Shown one piece after another: positions 29,184-43,124 of a stretch of 64,000 bases of DNA. A program made the position numbers and the translations under genes. The DNA is from Eledone cirrhosa (taxonomy: Eukaryota), in the NCBI GenBank assembly GCA_964016885.1, contig OZ024743.1, positions 315,394,001 through 315,458,000 of the forward strand, written 5' to 3'. The first letter of the stretch is position 1, and the number at the start of each line of letters is the position of its first letter. Below the pieces are notes generated by a model. That model ran no database searches. It was given only the letters and a program-made list of their open reading frames with translations, and was not told where the DNA came from.

Positions 29184-29519
29184 CCACAATAATAATAATG
29201 GAAACATTAACGACAGACACAACAACAACAACCACAGTTGTAATAATGGAAATAATAGAGTAACAACAACAACAACCACAGTAGTAATAATGGAAATAAT
29301 TCGAGTGTAACATTAATGATAGACACAGAAACAACAAAAACAAGAAACATAATAAAAGTAACAACCACAATGGTAGAAATAACAGTAACAACAATAATAA
29401 CAATAGAGAAAACAACAACAATACATCTAACAATCATAACAATAATAATAATGTTAATGGTAGGAACAACAACAACCATAATAACAATAATAGCAACACA
29501 CACAACTATGACGATAAAA

Positions 29520-32290
29520 TATAATGACACCACCTTAGAGAAAATATTCTTCAACCCAGCTGAGAAAACTTATAAGATGAATAAAATTTATCCTACGAGG
29601 TTACCCTTTAATAAAAGGGTTTCTATACCACAACAAATAGATGACGAAACAGAGACACAGTTCACCATAGCTAGAAATAATTGTTTCTACTATTGGCGCA
29701 AGGCCAGCAATTACCACTACATTACTGGTACTTTATTTTATCGACCCCGTAAGGATGAAAGGCAAAGTTAACCTCGGCGGGATTTGAATTCAGAATGGCA
29801 AGGGTCGTAACTCTCTGCGTCAAAGCATGGCGACCGACCCTCTACCGATACTGCAAATTCACTAGAAATAATTGTTTCTACTTTAGGCACAAGGCCAGCA
29901 ATTACCCAGTGCATTACTGGTACTTTATTTTATCGACCCCGTAAAGATGAAAGGCAAAGTCAACCTCGGCGGGATTTGAACTCAGATCGTAAAGGGACGT
30001 AACTATGCTGGAAAGCATGGCGTCCGACCCTCAACCGATACTGCCAATCCACCGTAGAAATAATATAAGACAAATAGTAGACCGATATACTAAGAGACAG
30101 AGCAGACCAGAGGTCCAACAACTTGGAAGGAAACCTTTAGAAGTGTTAGTAAGCCTCAAGCAGCGAACAAGGGATGGTGAGGTAGTGTGTCTACCCCCAG
30201 ATAAGTCTGGTAGGATGTTGATAGACAGCATGCTGAACTACATCAAGGCTATGCAACCCCATATCACCAACACGAGCGAAATTACACAACAAGCACATGA
30301 GGGGAGAGAGAAGATCCTCAACGCTCACATGATGATGTGGACCGACATCCTAAAGCCAAGCAGACGCACTGCCAACAACTTCCAGGCGTCTAACAATGAT
30401 ACTACCCTTGTATGGGCTCCGCAAAGACCATAAGACAATCGACGACCCGACAACAGGACCACCAACAAGACCTGCATGCGGAGCCAATATCGCTAGCAAC
30501 TACAGGATCTCTTACTCCCAGTCAATGGTTATACGCCCCATAATCAAGATGTTCCCAGATGTATGTGAGAGTACAGAGGACCTCCGCAGCAGAATTAATG
30601 AGTGCAACAAAAACAAAAACCTATTTAACAGCATAATAGGCAGTATGGACGTGGTATCACTATACCCATCCATTAATATTGATTTTGCTGTGGAAAAATC
30701 TGTTGAGATGATCATTGAGAGTGAGGTGGAGTTCTGCGACGTCAACACAGATGAACTGGGCCTCCTACTTGGACTTACCTATAACACCGAGTACCTAGAC
30801 AGCCATGACATTAGTCGTTTCTGCACCAGTAGACCCATAAGAGGTAGACCCCCACCATAGCGTCAATGGCAAAAAGGATTGCCATGGGCAGGTGGATTGG
30901 GTGGAACAAAGCCATACGGACCCCCCCCCCAAAACAATGATCAGGTAAGAAAAATGGTCGCGCATGCAATAGGAGCTAGTATTAAAACTACCCTAAAAGG
31001 CTATATATTCAAATTTAATGAAAAGATCTACGCCCAAAATGAGGGAGCAGCCATTGGTGTCAGTATAGCTGGTGACGTTGCCAACCTTTTTATGGTATGG
31101 TGGGAAAGGAGACTCAAAGACCTCCTTGATGAGAGTTCCATAGACCTCATCATGTACTCTCGTTACGTAGACGATATTAATATAGAAATAAGGACATCCC
31201 CACAAGAGAGTACTAACAAATATTATTTAGAATGTAGCACAATGGAAGGCATCCAGCAGATAGCTAATTCCATACAACAGAGTATTACTGCAACTATCGA
31301 CTACCCTTCCAAACACCCTAACAATAGACTACCTGTATTAGACACGGAACTCTGGATCAACACTATAGAAGAGAGGGCCAAATTCTCCACTCACACTACG
31401 ATAAACCCATGGCCTCCAAATACCTGATACTCAAAAACTCAGCAATGTGCAGTTGTGCTAAGTTCAATATTCTGATCGCAGACTTGGTACGAGTGATGAT
31501 GAACGTGTCCCGCATGTGTGACCCAATAGAAATGGAAAGACACATCCAACACTTCAACAACTGCATGCAGTTCTCTGGCTACAACCAAAGAGACAGAATC
31601 AGAGTATATAAAGGAGCCACGGAGAAGTATAAGACCCTCATAGAACTGGACGTGAAAGGAATTTGCCCATTATACAGGAGCAAATCATGGAATATCTTAG
31701 ATAGGACTAAACATAAGATAGGGAAAGCCACCTCATGGTACGACAACCAGAGATACCAGAGTGTCATGTTCGTGGACGCTACCCCTGGAGGAAGATTAGC
31801 TAACCAATCTAGAAAGGCTCTGAGAAAGACCCACTTAAAGATTAAAGTGGTAGAAAAGCCAGGAACTACCATAAAATCCCTGATCAGCAAAACATACCCT
31901 TTTAAGAAAACCCACTGTACTAATAAGAAATGTGTTATATGTAAAGTAAACCCCCAGATAAACTGTAAAACATGACAACAACATACATAGACGAGACAGC
32001 TCGAAGCACAGGAGAAAGGATAGACCAACACTGGGGAGAATGAAAAGAACAAAAAAACGGTTGAGTACTATACGAACGCGCCAGACAACAACATGACGGT
32101 AACATAGACAACATAGAAATTAAAATAATATCTAAACATAGAAATGACCCGGCAGGTAAGCAAATCAGAGAGGCAAGCGAAATAGAGCTTAGAAAGCCAA
32201 AGCTAAACAGAAAAAATGAATGGAATAACAACAACACTCAAACAAACAATACTGACTTAAGAGAAATATAAATAAATAAATATATACACA
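29520..32290 (+). pseudogene. PLE reverse transcriptase-GIY-YIG endonuclease ORF, frameshifted
   Basis: PDKSGR, LYGLRKDHK, SMDVVSLYPSI, QNEGAAIGVSIAGDVANLFM, YSRYVDD, LPVLDTELW, CTNKKCVIC..NCKT, TYIDETARSTGERIDQH, QIREASEI..PKLNRKNEW. Confidence 0.9.
29682..30054 (-). mobile_element. Two tandem SINEs inserted into the PLE ORF
   Basis: Target tagaaataat present three times (29672, 29863, 30055). Confidence 0.92.
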
Positions 32291-32504
32291 AGCACAATAA
32301 CAACAAACACATATAAACACACACTAGTAAACTAAGATAGAATACAATAACCAAAACACAGTCACCCAAACGCGTACACACACACCAAACACTATACACA
32401 CACGCAAACGCATGCGCAGAGAAGAAGACAAAAATAAATAAATAAATAAACAGATAAAATAAAAATGGCGTAGACATACAATACAACAGGAGGTACATAA
32501 TAGC

Positions 32505-32546
32505 ACCACTGATGATGTTGCAGATCTGCAACGAAAGAACTTTGTT
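32505..32546 (+). ncRNA. HHR motif in the PLE 3' UTR (stem I weak)
   Basis: ca-CTGATGA-t-gttgcagatctgcaac-GAAAGAACTT-tg; same core context as the 27.0-kb copy. Confidence 0.6.
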
Positions 32547-32640
32547 AGAGCGAGAAGTTTCATAAATTTGGTTAATTAGCTTGCCAAACTAGCTTAAAAT
32601 TATTATTGTGGGAGAAGGGACGCATAACTGGGAGAAAGAG

Positions 32641-32920
32641 CGCATATTATAGAGCTAGCCTAAGGTACTAAATACCCATGTACATATTGTAGAGCTAGCC
32701 TAGGGTTCTAAATGCCCAGGTACATATTGTAGGGCTAGCTAAGGACATTAGATACCCCGCTACACAGTGTAGGGCTAGCCTAGGGTACTAAATACCCAGG
32801 TGTACGTTGTATGGCTAACCTAGGATTCTAGAAACCCAGGTACACATTATAGGGCTAATCTAGAGTGCTAAATACCAAGCTACACATTGTAGGGTTAGCC
32901 TATGGTACTAAATAACCAAG
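32641..32920. repeat. 40-bp minisatellite, 7 copies
   Basis: Consensus tacacattgtagggctagcctagggtactaaatacccagg with exact 40-bp register. Confidence 0.92.
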
Positions 32921-33395
32921 CATCGCCTCAGTAAATTCGCAGATACATTTTTGAATCAATGCAACGATAACGCCTTAATCACCATTATCCGCTGATTGAA
33001 TTTTCTTTCTTCCGTTTGAACAACCAAACCTAATATGGCATTTTATAAATACATTCGATCTTTTATTGGTTTCAGTAATTGCACGGAGGCCATACCATGG
33101 CATCGTCTTGAAGGATCTTTTTGCCCATCCCATCGATGTGAGGTTTATGTTTAAATTTGGTACCTATTTTATCGATCTCGTTTTATCGAACAGTAAAAAA
33201 CACCAAAATATATAGACATACACATACATACATACTTACACACACATTATATATATATATATATATATTGAAAAATGTATACACAGTTGTGTATATTGGA
33301 AAAAAGGAAAAGAATAACTTCACTTGTAGTTGATATTCTAAAGAATTTAATTTTATAATTTAATTTTACAATTTTATAATTTTCCTTTTTTCAAA

Positions 33396-33458
<63 letters not shown>

Positions 33459-33462
<4 letters not shown>

Positions 33463-33652
33463 TTAATATAGAAGAGATTCTACAGGACTAGAACTGTTTC
33501 ATTCATTAGAAATCATCAGGAATCCTGATGATTTCTAATGAATGAAACAGTTCTAGTCCTGTAGAATCTCTTCTATATTAAAACTTTTATACTCTGCTAT
33601 GTATTGAGTACCTTACTTACTGTGGTTACCTCCGATTCAACCCGGAATAACG
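33459..33652 (+). mobile_element. Family B perfect-palindrome pLTR element with HHR core
   Basis: Perfect ~63-bp arms centred at 33522; CTGATGA(33525)...GAAAC(33544)...GTC(33556); tail tattgagtac. Confidence 0.85.
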
Positions 33653-33772
<120 letters not shown>

Positions 33773-33796
33773 CGAGAGGGATGAGTCAGAGAGAGA

Positions 33797-33983
33797 TTAC
33801 CTCTCCAGGAACAGAACTGTTTCATTCGTATGAATTCATCAGGACTGTAAGAATGAAATATTTCTAGTCCTGTAGAAGTCATTTCTACATAAGTTTGTTT
33901 AAAATGCCTATACTCTATGAATATATTGAGTACGTTTTTGACTGTGGTTACCCCGACCCCATCCTCACCCCGGGTATAACAAG
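33797..33983 (+). mobile_element. Family B element (older copy)
   Basis: Homologous to 33459-33652; left arm reverse complement reads cagtcCTGATGA...GAAACagttct. Confidence 0.7.
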
Positions 33984-34788
33984 CTAAAAAGAATGAAAGG
34001 AAAAGCGTACAGAAAATTTCAACAAAATACCGGCGGAGTTTAAAACGGATTCTTCCAGCAATCTTTCTTCTAGTTATTGTAATACCATATACAGTCGTGT
34101 ATAGTTTGTGTGTGTGTATTTTTTAATGACATTTTAGATTAAATATTCGGGGCCTACTCTATACACAAGTATTTATTTAGGGGGGTTGCTATTCATACAC
34201 ATTCGGTGAACCTAACCAATCTGCAAGGCCTATCCTACATTTTCACTGTGTAATTGGCCTGGACGGAAGCAAGTGTATCTGTATATCCTCTTTTTATCTG
34301 ATATTTTAACTGATTTTAGTAAATCTTTGGTAAAATGTATAGTATATAGTTTGCCTGAAAACATGTCAGATAATCTGTTTAATAGCCGAAACTGAAAGGA
34401 TTCGTCTAAGTTTGAAACTTGTACTTAAATGTTCCACTATAATAAGCATACCACTAACACAAAATCCAAGCATATATGATAAGCATATATATTACAGAAA
34501 ATCCAAGCGCTATAAAAATCAATCAGTATATATCAGTCACGTTTTGCATGAAGTATATTTATAAATGTGTATATGCAGTATATATACATATACCTAATAT
34601 GTACATGAGTATACACAATATATACACAGCTTATTTACACATACCCAGTATTGAAATGTTCCACTGTTATAAAACTAATGGTAGCTCGGGTTAGATTATA
34701 CATAAACTCTATGAAAACAGTACAGTATTTATACACCCTCACACAAATTGGCTACATTATACACGAAGTAGATTTGTTGATGAATGTA

Positions 34789-35569
34789 CGAGGTCTGTCG
34801 AAAATATATCCGGCTTAAACAATATAATACTTGAGAGGGTTCAGTTGTTAATGCTTTTCGAACAAGGACTGGTCTTCAGCTCACATATAGCAGTCTGCAT
34901 GATGTCATTGACGGCTCTCAAATCGAGAGCTATTCAAAAGCATCTTCATTTTGGGGAACAAGAGGCCACAAGGAGTCATGTCTGGAAAGTAGAGAATCTG
35001 ACGAATGAGAGAAATACCTTTTAGCCAAAAAACCTTGGATCAGCTGTGATGAATATGTTGGATCGTTGTCATAACGCAGTTGCTAGTTATACGAGGCTCA
35101 CAGATCAGATCTCTTGGTGCGAACTACCCCAGGAAGACGTCGGGAACTTTTTGAGAGCAGTCCTTTTAAACTATTTGTTCTTCTGCTGTGTAGTCGTGTT
35201 GCACAACGCCGGTTTAGTCGAAGAAAATAGTCAGCACCACTTTGATTTTATTCTCTGTATCTGACATTCTTTTTAAAGCCTTAAGGACTTTCAATGTGGT
35301 GACTGAGCTTTGGTTTCTGGGTCGTACCCGAACACTCACATCTCATTTCCAATGCCATGGTATTCAAAGAGTGCATGAGATGAAATAAAAATACGGCGAG
35401 TGTAAGTAGTTGAGCGCCTCACATGCTGTTTGCTTGAGAACCACTGACGCATCCAGCGAGCTCGCGAAAAAGCACGTGTATGCAGCTTCACAATACATAC
35501 ATTTTGTCTCCCTAACATCATCACTTCCCATGGATAAAATAAAGTCCGATATTATTTTGACAGACATCG
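34789..35569 (-). mobile_element. Internally deleted mariner transposon relic
   Basis: TIRs TA|cgaggtctgtcgaaaat and attttgacagacatcg|TA; minus-strand GNEM*VFGYDPETKAQS and YFPDMTPC.LFPKMK (YSPDLAP-like). Confidence 0.82.
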
Positions 35570-35679
35570 TATGCAGTATATATTTCTTTCTTACTCTATC
35601 ACAAAAATATTTTTGACCTTGTATTGCCTAAGTTAGAAATCAATATGTTTCTCTTGCATTTATTTCACATTTTTCATCT

Positions 35680-35962
35680 TCAAAGAATTATATCTTCAAA
35701 GGCGTTTACTTTTACTGCTTTTAATCCAGTGATTTCCAATTTAAGTTCATCCGGCATAACTTCAAGTACATCTACACGACCAAACACCACCAGGCACGAA
35801 TTCATGCTATTAAAACATACAATAACCTTGTTACTTTCTTTCCTCTTTGCGTAATTGTTTCTGAAAGAGTTGATAAGATAAGTTGAACCTAGTGCTGGTA
35901 TGACTTCCTTTCTGAAATTACATATTTCAAAGTGGTGCACCAGCATGGTTGCATTCAAATTA
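35680..35962 (-). CDS. Possible terminal coding exon of an unidentified host gene
   Basis: Non-repetitive stop-free frame of >90 codons ending AFEDIIL*; candidate acceptors tttcag at ~35963 and ~35861; no other exon identified. Confidence 0.35.
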
Positions 35963-37349
35963 CTGAAATCAGTAAAATAGTTTATAAATATTTTGATACC
36001 ATATTTTACTAAAAAATCTCGAAAATGTTTGAAAAGGTGAAAGCAAGGTTGTTTGGTTAAGGAGTTCGCTACTCAACCAAAAAGCTTCGGGTTCATTCAC
36101 TCTTATAACTTCGGCTAAACCAATGCCTTGTCAGATACAATAAGGGTTCTGGAAACCGGAGCCCTTCGTGTGTGTGGGAGGGATACATGTGTGTGGGGGG
36201 GATGCATGTGTGTGTGGGGGTATACATGTGTGTGTGTTGGTGCATGCGTGAGTGTGTGTGTGTGTGCGCGCACGTCTGCGTGTGTGTGTGTGTTCCGTAA
36301 ACTAGTGGTTCGACAAAATAATAAGGCAACTTGAAAAGATAAGAGCTGGTTCGATATGATCGACTAAATCGCTTTTAGGGTAATGCCCTAATATGGCTAC
36401 AGATTAATGACTGAATATGTTTGAATATGTGTTAGAGAATCTTATGATTGCTAGTTAATATTTATCTAGTAATTGTTTCCGCTAGGATGCCATAATGGCA
36501 AAGCCGTATTTTCTCTTGCGATTTATGTTCTTGGGAGAATAATATAATTGGTAGTTGTTAGATGTAAGCGAAAATAAAGTTTATAAAACTCCACCATAAT
36601 CCGGCAGGCTTTCCTTCGAAGCACTTCCTTTTGTATTCTATTATTAGAGATGTATCCTATAAGATTAAAACACTTCCACCTCACGCATACAATTTTGACA
36701 GTAACATATCCTTAGATTGTGTAATACAATGAGGTCGGTGGATTGACGGTATCAGTTGAGCGTTAAACAATATGTTTTGTGGCATTTAGTTGCACCCCTT
36801 TACATTGTGTGTTCAAATCCCGCCAAGGTTAGCTTTGCAGAGTCGAGATAATAATGTACCAGTAACGCACTGGGGTCAATTTAATCGACTTTTCTCTTCC
36901 CTTGAAATTGCTGGTATGTGCCAAAATTAGAATTAGTAATATAGATTTCTAAATGTTGCACACTGTTGCCAGATGTGGAAATGGAAAGATAATATGGTCG
37001 ATCAAATTTCTTCTATTATATCTCTGGTGAAGTCAACTTTGCCTTTTATCAATTAGAAGCAGAGGTAGAAGTATTTGGTATGATTTAGCAATATAACTGG
37101 AACACGCATCGTCGAAACCAACAGAAGTCCAACAGAGGGAGGGAGGGAGAGAGAGAGAGAAAACTATTCTAGTGAAGTGTTTCTAGTTCACGGTTTCGAT
37201 TCACAGTAGAGCTGAGCTATTTCAATGTTTTCATATTTCTGAGCATAGTTTTCAGCTATTAAAGGATTTGTCTCAGAGCAACTAGCGTAAATTAAATTTG
37301 ATGTGTTTTTGCCCATTCCCGTGTACGTGATCATTTGTAGTCTCAATTC

Positions 37350-37600
37350 ACTCCGAAATCAGGTTCTGAAATATAAAAGTATACTATACGCGATTAAATG
37401 GAACACCCTGGATAGGTCAAGCCCTTACATTACAGGGACAATGAGGTGTTCACTTTGTCTCAGTGGAACAATGAGGACATTACAGGGGCTGAAATCCTCC
37501 GATAAATACTTAGGTACAAAATATTAATTTTATAAGGATGCCATCATATAAGATCAAGTTTCCGCCAGGAATGGGGCAATACAGGCTCAGACGCACAAAA
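37350..37600 (+). pseudogene. PLE GIY-YIG C-terminal relic
   Basis: IKWNTLDRSSPYITGTMRCSLCLS...GCHH resembles the PLE endonuclease tail W.I.....Y.....C.LC..E...CRH. Confidence 0.6.
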
Positions 37601-39562
37601 CACCATTATTTCACTCCCGGTTTACTCCACTAAATAGGTCTTAGGTCTACATACACTTCATAGTGCCCCCAAACACGGTTAAATACAATACGATATATAT
37701 ATAAGTTACACATACACCTTTAACAAAAAATATATACCACTCTTCACCTATATTAATGATATACACATCAATACACACTCACACAGAGAAATACACAAAT
37801 ATACAGCATAAACTACGACAATCCATATAATTATTCACAGGAAAACAAACACTCATATATACAATAGAGAGACTTCAAAAATATAAACTTACAGATATAG
37901 GAGTTACTTACCCTGAATAACAAAAACACCAAATTTATTGATACATTATTATTACATCCCTTGCAATTGACAAGATTTCATGTATGAAATAGCGTCGGCT
38001 ATTTTGGAATAGCCTGAAAGATAAGCAACACTAGTAGATATACCGTTTCTAAGAGCTATGCACAAGTAGGCTTTGAAACCTTAGGTAGCATGTAGTTGTG
38101 CTGAACATTTATTTATAATAACATACTTTAGCTCTGTACCTAACATAGAGCACTCTTTCCCTTTATCTAGTCTATGAAAACAAATATGATATAACCCTAT
38201 AAGCTTTAGTTTATTCTTGTTTCAGTACCAAGTGCGTAAATGTCCCCGATGATGGATAAAGGTCCATAAAAACGTATCTGCATTTCCAACGGCTACTGAG
38301 ATAACTGTGACATGATCACTGATTAAAACTTTCATAGCATGACTCGGTCCGACAAAAATACACCGACAAGATAAAAAAAACAACCTGAAAAGATAGTTAC
38401 TAGTGTCGACACATTTATATTAATTTCAATACTGCACAACACAATTTTATGTATCCCACAAAATTTAAAATGTTCTAAATACCAGCATAATAATTATTTC
38501 TAACTTTGATACAGGGCCAAGCCAGCAATTTTGGGGGATGTGCAGAGGGGGTAAGAATGAATGTCGATTTTATTGACCCCAGTACTGAATTGTCACTTTA
38601 TTTTCTTCGATCTCGGAAGGATGAAACGCAATGTTAACTTGGGTGGGATTTGAAATTAGAACGTAATAACCCTGAACAAATACTGCTAAGCAGTTGTCCG
38701 ACGCTCTAATGTCCTTTCTAATCTACCACCGTGCACCAGCTTAGTAACGGAACAGCCTGATCATGAAATTAGTGTGTAAGTGGTTGACCATTACACAGAC
38801 ATCTGTTCCCTTAAAGCAATGTTCAGGAAGAATCAATGTGACACTGAATTAGACAGAGCTGGTCTTTAAAATTACAGTCACAGTCTGTATTGTTGTATAA
38901 TGTAAGTGGCTGAGTATTCCACAGACTCGCATATCTCGAGGAGATTCAGTGTGACACTGTGTGTGATAAGGCTTATCATTTGGATTACAAATATACACCA
39001 CATTGTATCACATTGTAAGTGCCTGAACGGCCTACATGCATTTGTACCCTTAAAGTAATTCTCTTGTACATTGTGCGTGACATAGAGTCACATGGCTGGC
39101 CTTTCGCATTACCAGTATCCGATGGACTTCAATACAGTTTCCGTCTACCAAAATTAACTTTAAAGGCTTGGGCCAACAGAAAAGCTATAGGAGAAGAAAT
39201 TTTTCAGAGGTGTCTCGCAGTGGGAGTGAACGCAGGGGTTTATTATTGCGAAGCGAGCTTTGTAACCATTTGGTTTTACTGCCTTCACAGCACACGAGAA
39301 TAGGTAAGCGGGAGCGTTATCAAAATATATATTCTAAACACCACTCACCAATTATGGAATAACTACAGGTGATATTAATAAATACATAATTCCGAAGATT
39401 CCTCACAGCAGCTTAATGTAAAGTATTTAACTTTGATAATGTATATTTGTTGTGATAGTCTTTAAAAGGTTTTAACCTTATCTCTCTCTCTCGTTATCCC
39501 TCTTTCGCCCTTGCTCTCACTCTCTCGATATATATATGTGTGTGTGTGTGTAGCTGAGTATT

Positions 39563-39602
<40 letters not shown>

Positions 39603-40344
39603 TATATATATATATATTGTGTGTGTTTGTGTATATACGCGTGTGTGTATCTGTGTGATGTATAGATACACACAGACTTCTTAACATCTGAGCTTGATTA
39701 TGTTCTACTTATTCGGTGCAGTTTCTTTTATCAGTCAGACTTAACAGTAATGTAACTTACTTTACTGAACATATTTTAAGCAGAAAACAGATTCTTTTTT
39801 CCAAATTGTAAACACGGTGATTAAAATTCATTGTAAATAAACAGTACGTTCAGGTATTCGGGCAGAAATGTTTAATAATAATAATGATACAGTTACGATA
39901 TGGTACATTATGAGTTCAAATCACGATGAGGAGGTCAAATTTAATATCAGAGTTGTTGAAATGTCGTAGTATAAAAACGGTGAAGACGCGTGACCTAGTG
40001 GTTACGTTATTGAACTCGCAATCATAAGTTCGAAGGTTCTGTTCCTGGTCTGGATAGTGTGTTTTATTCTTGAGCAAGACACTTCATGTCACGTTGCTTT
40101 TAATGATAGGATTGGGCATTTACCATTGAAACACCCCAAAAATGTTCTATGAGATGCATAAGAGGCCGACAGAACATACATAGTTGTTAGCTGTAATTTT
40201 CTTTGCAAATTTCAGTCGATAATTGGCATTGACACCACACGCACCACTTCTCGTTTTCTCTCTCTCTATCTATCTATCTATCTATCTATCCCTCTATCTC
40301 TCTCTATCGTTCACATTTAAGAACTACTTATGGAAGAATTCAAT

Positions 40345-41750
40345 AAAAATGGTTTCTAATATAGGCACAAGACCTGCAATCGACCCCAGTGCGTGACTGG
40401 TACTTTATTTTATCGACTGGTTTCTAATGTCGGCACAAGCAATTTGAAGGAGTGGGTTAGGAAAGTCGATTCAATCGAACGAGTCCTGACTGCCACTATA
40501 TTCTATTTATATTCTACTCGGAAGAATGAATGGCGAAGATGACCTCAGCCGAACTTGAACTCAGAATGAAAAGGGCCTTAACCATATATACCACAAAAAG
40601 ATTTGTCCGATGTCTACCGATAGTGCCAACCCACTGTTTAGTAATAATTGTTTCTACTTTAGGCACAAGGCCAGCAATTACCCAGTGCATTACTGGTACT
40701 TTATTTTATCGACCCCGTAAGGATGAAAGGCAAAGTCAACCTCGGCGGGATTTGAACTCAGATCGTAAAGGGACGTAACTATGCTGGAAAGCATGGCGTC
40801 CGACCCTCCACCGATACTGCCAATCCACCGGCCTTTTAGTAATAATGGTTTCTGTTTAGTAATAATGGTTTCTGATTGAGGCACAAGCCCAGCAATTTGG
40901 GTTTGGTGAATGTCGATTAAATCGACCCTAGTGCGTAACTGGTACTTTATTTTTTCGACCAAGTAAGGATGAAAGCCAAAGGTAACCCCAGCGGGAGTTG
41001 AACTCAGAATGTAAAGGGCTGAAACTGTATACCCTAAAGCATGTTGCCCGACGCTCTACCGATTGTGCCAATCTACCACAATGTGTTTCGAACATGGGCA
41101 GAAATTTAAAGGAGGCATAAAAGTGGAATAAATCTACCACTATTCTTGATTGCTACATTATTTGCCAAGGGGAACTTGGTGACCTTGGCTGTGACCTTGG
41201 CGGGGTGTAAACTCAGAAGATAATCAGAAACAAATGCCTCAGAAGATAATCAGAAACAAATGCCTCGGAGCATTTGTCCAACGCTTTAACGATTCTGCTA
41301 ATCTACTCTTTAAATAATGGTTTCTGATTTAGGCACAATTTGGGAGGAGGGGGAATCGATTAGATTGACCAAAGTGCGTTACTGATACTTTATTTCATCG
41401 ACCAGTAAGGATGAAAGGCAAAGCGAAGTTCGGCGGGACGTAACTGTATGCTGCAAAGTAGGTTTTCCGATACTGCTAATCCACAGCCTTCTCCACTCTT
41501 TAAATAATGGTTTCTGATGCCAGGAATTTGCAGACAAGGGGAAAATCGATTATACCTACGCAAGTACTTTACAGGTACTGTGGTTATCAGTGTGAGAAGA
41601 ATAAAAGCCAAGCGGGATTCCGGTGGGACCTGAAAACAGAATGTAAGATAGTTACGATCTTTTGCAGTATATTCAAATAACACCGAGCTGGTCAAGTTTG
41701 ATCTTAGCCTTCCTGTATCATTAAAATAAGTACCAGTCATTTACCTGGGT
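40345..41750 (-). mobile_element. Cluster of six or more mostly same-orientation SINE copies or fragments
   Basis: Repeated aatggtttct tails and ggatgaaaggcaaag cores; young copy 40649-40830 with TSD tttagtaataat. Confidence 0.85.
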
Positions 41751-42073
41751 CAATACAATAATCACTAGTTTATATAGTCGACTGCCGCTCCACCACACAG
41801 ACACACAAACACACATTGGGTTCCTGTACATATGTAAGAATTTAATTAAAAGTGTGTCTAACAGAACCACAAGTGGCAGTTTTTTCTTCTTTCGGTAGAT
41901 TGGAGTATAACCGATTCAATCAACTCCAGTATTTGACTTGTACTTTATTTTATCGACCACTGGAAGATTAAAAACCAATACACACACACAGACACATGTT
42001 TGCATCGCTTTCCATTTCTCTCCTGTCTCTCTTTTATATATATATGTGTGTGTGTGTTTGTGTGTGTGTACGC

Positions 42074-42112
<39 letters not shown>

Positions 42113-43124
42113 TAGAGAGATGGAGAGAGAGGGAGCGCGAGAGAGAGAGGGCGAGTTGATAGTAGACTGACAGCTAGATATATAACAAGTGATTGAAGAA
42201 AGCGGAGGGAAAACATAAAGAAAGAGAAAAGCCTTCTTTTAAAATAGAAAAAGTTGAGTGAAAGGTCAAATGGAAGATTATTGTAGCTGAAGCAGATGAA
42301 GTAATGTATGTAGAGGAATCAAAGAAATATCAACAGGCATGGGTGAAGCACTTGAATTGCAGACATGAAGATACCTGACATTTAATTCTGTAATGGGGGA
42401 GATTCTAACAGTTTGTCTTAAAAGTTGTACTAAACCAACGTGTATGCTATACATTGTTTTCGTCGTTCTGAGAAATAAGTAGGATTGCAAAATGCTCGTT
42501 TGTAAACACACTATGTGCTAGATTACATTATCGATTCTGTATAAAGATACGGATAAAATATACCTTGTAATTGTTTAGTTTACTGACTTTCAGGGCTCAA
42601 ATAAGGCTCACCTTTGCTTTGTCTTTCATCAACCACATTTCTTTGTTGTTGTTTGTGTTTTTTACTCATCACTTGAAAGGGCCTTCATAAGATTTATGAA
42701 TAAACGAATATGGAACTTAAACCTCACATAACCCATGAAATGAAGGTTTCTTATGCAACAGTTCAGCTACAGAGATGCAAAACTGAAGCTGAAAACTTGG
42801 AGCACATTCATACACACAGACACACACACATATTTATATATTGAGTTAGAACGTTGAATTGGCAAACACAAAATAGACATAGCTCAGAAGAGAAAGACCA
42901 GCAGTTAAGACCTTGTTTTTAGATCCTCTGAAACTGGGGGTAGTTTGGAAGGATTTTTTTCGAAGGAGACCTGTGCCAAATACCTGCAACGAAGTGTACA
43001 CTACTTCAGTCAACCAAGCATGTTGGAATGACCAACAGGTTACGTCTAGCACTCGACTTCACTATCAGATATCATTAACGTTGTTCTGAGAGATAAACAA
43101 GATTGCGAAATGTTTGGTTGTGTG

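Larger units (their letters stand above)
28588..32600 (+). mobile_element. Penelope-like retroelement, decayed, with inverted pLTR end at its 5' side
   Basis: RT motifs, Cys-rich linker, GIY-YIG-type C-terminus and 3' UTR HHR; interrupted by (AAC/AAT)n and two SINEs. Confidence 0.88.

Noticed and set aside
32641-32920. CRISPR-like regular repeat
   Set aside because: Contiguous units without unique spacers, no cas genes, eukaryotic context
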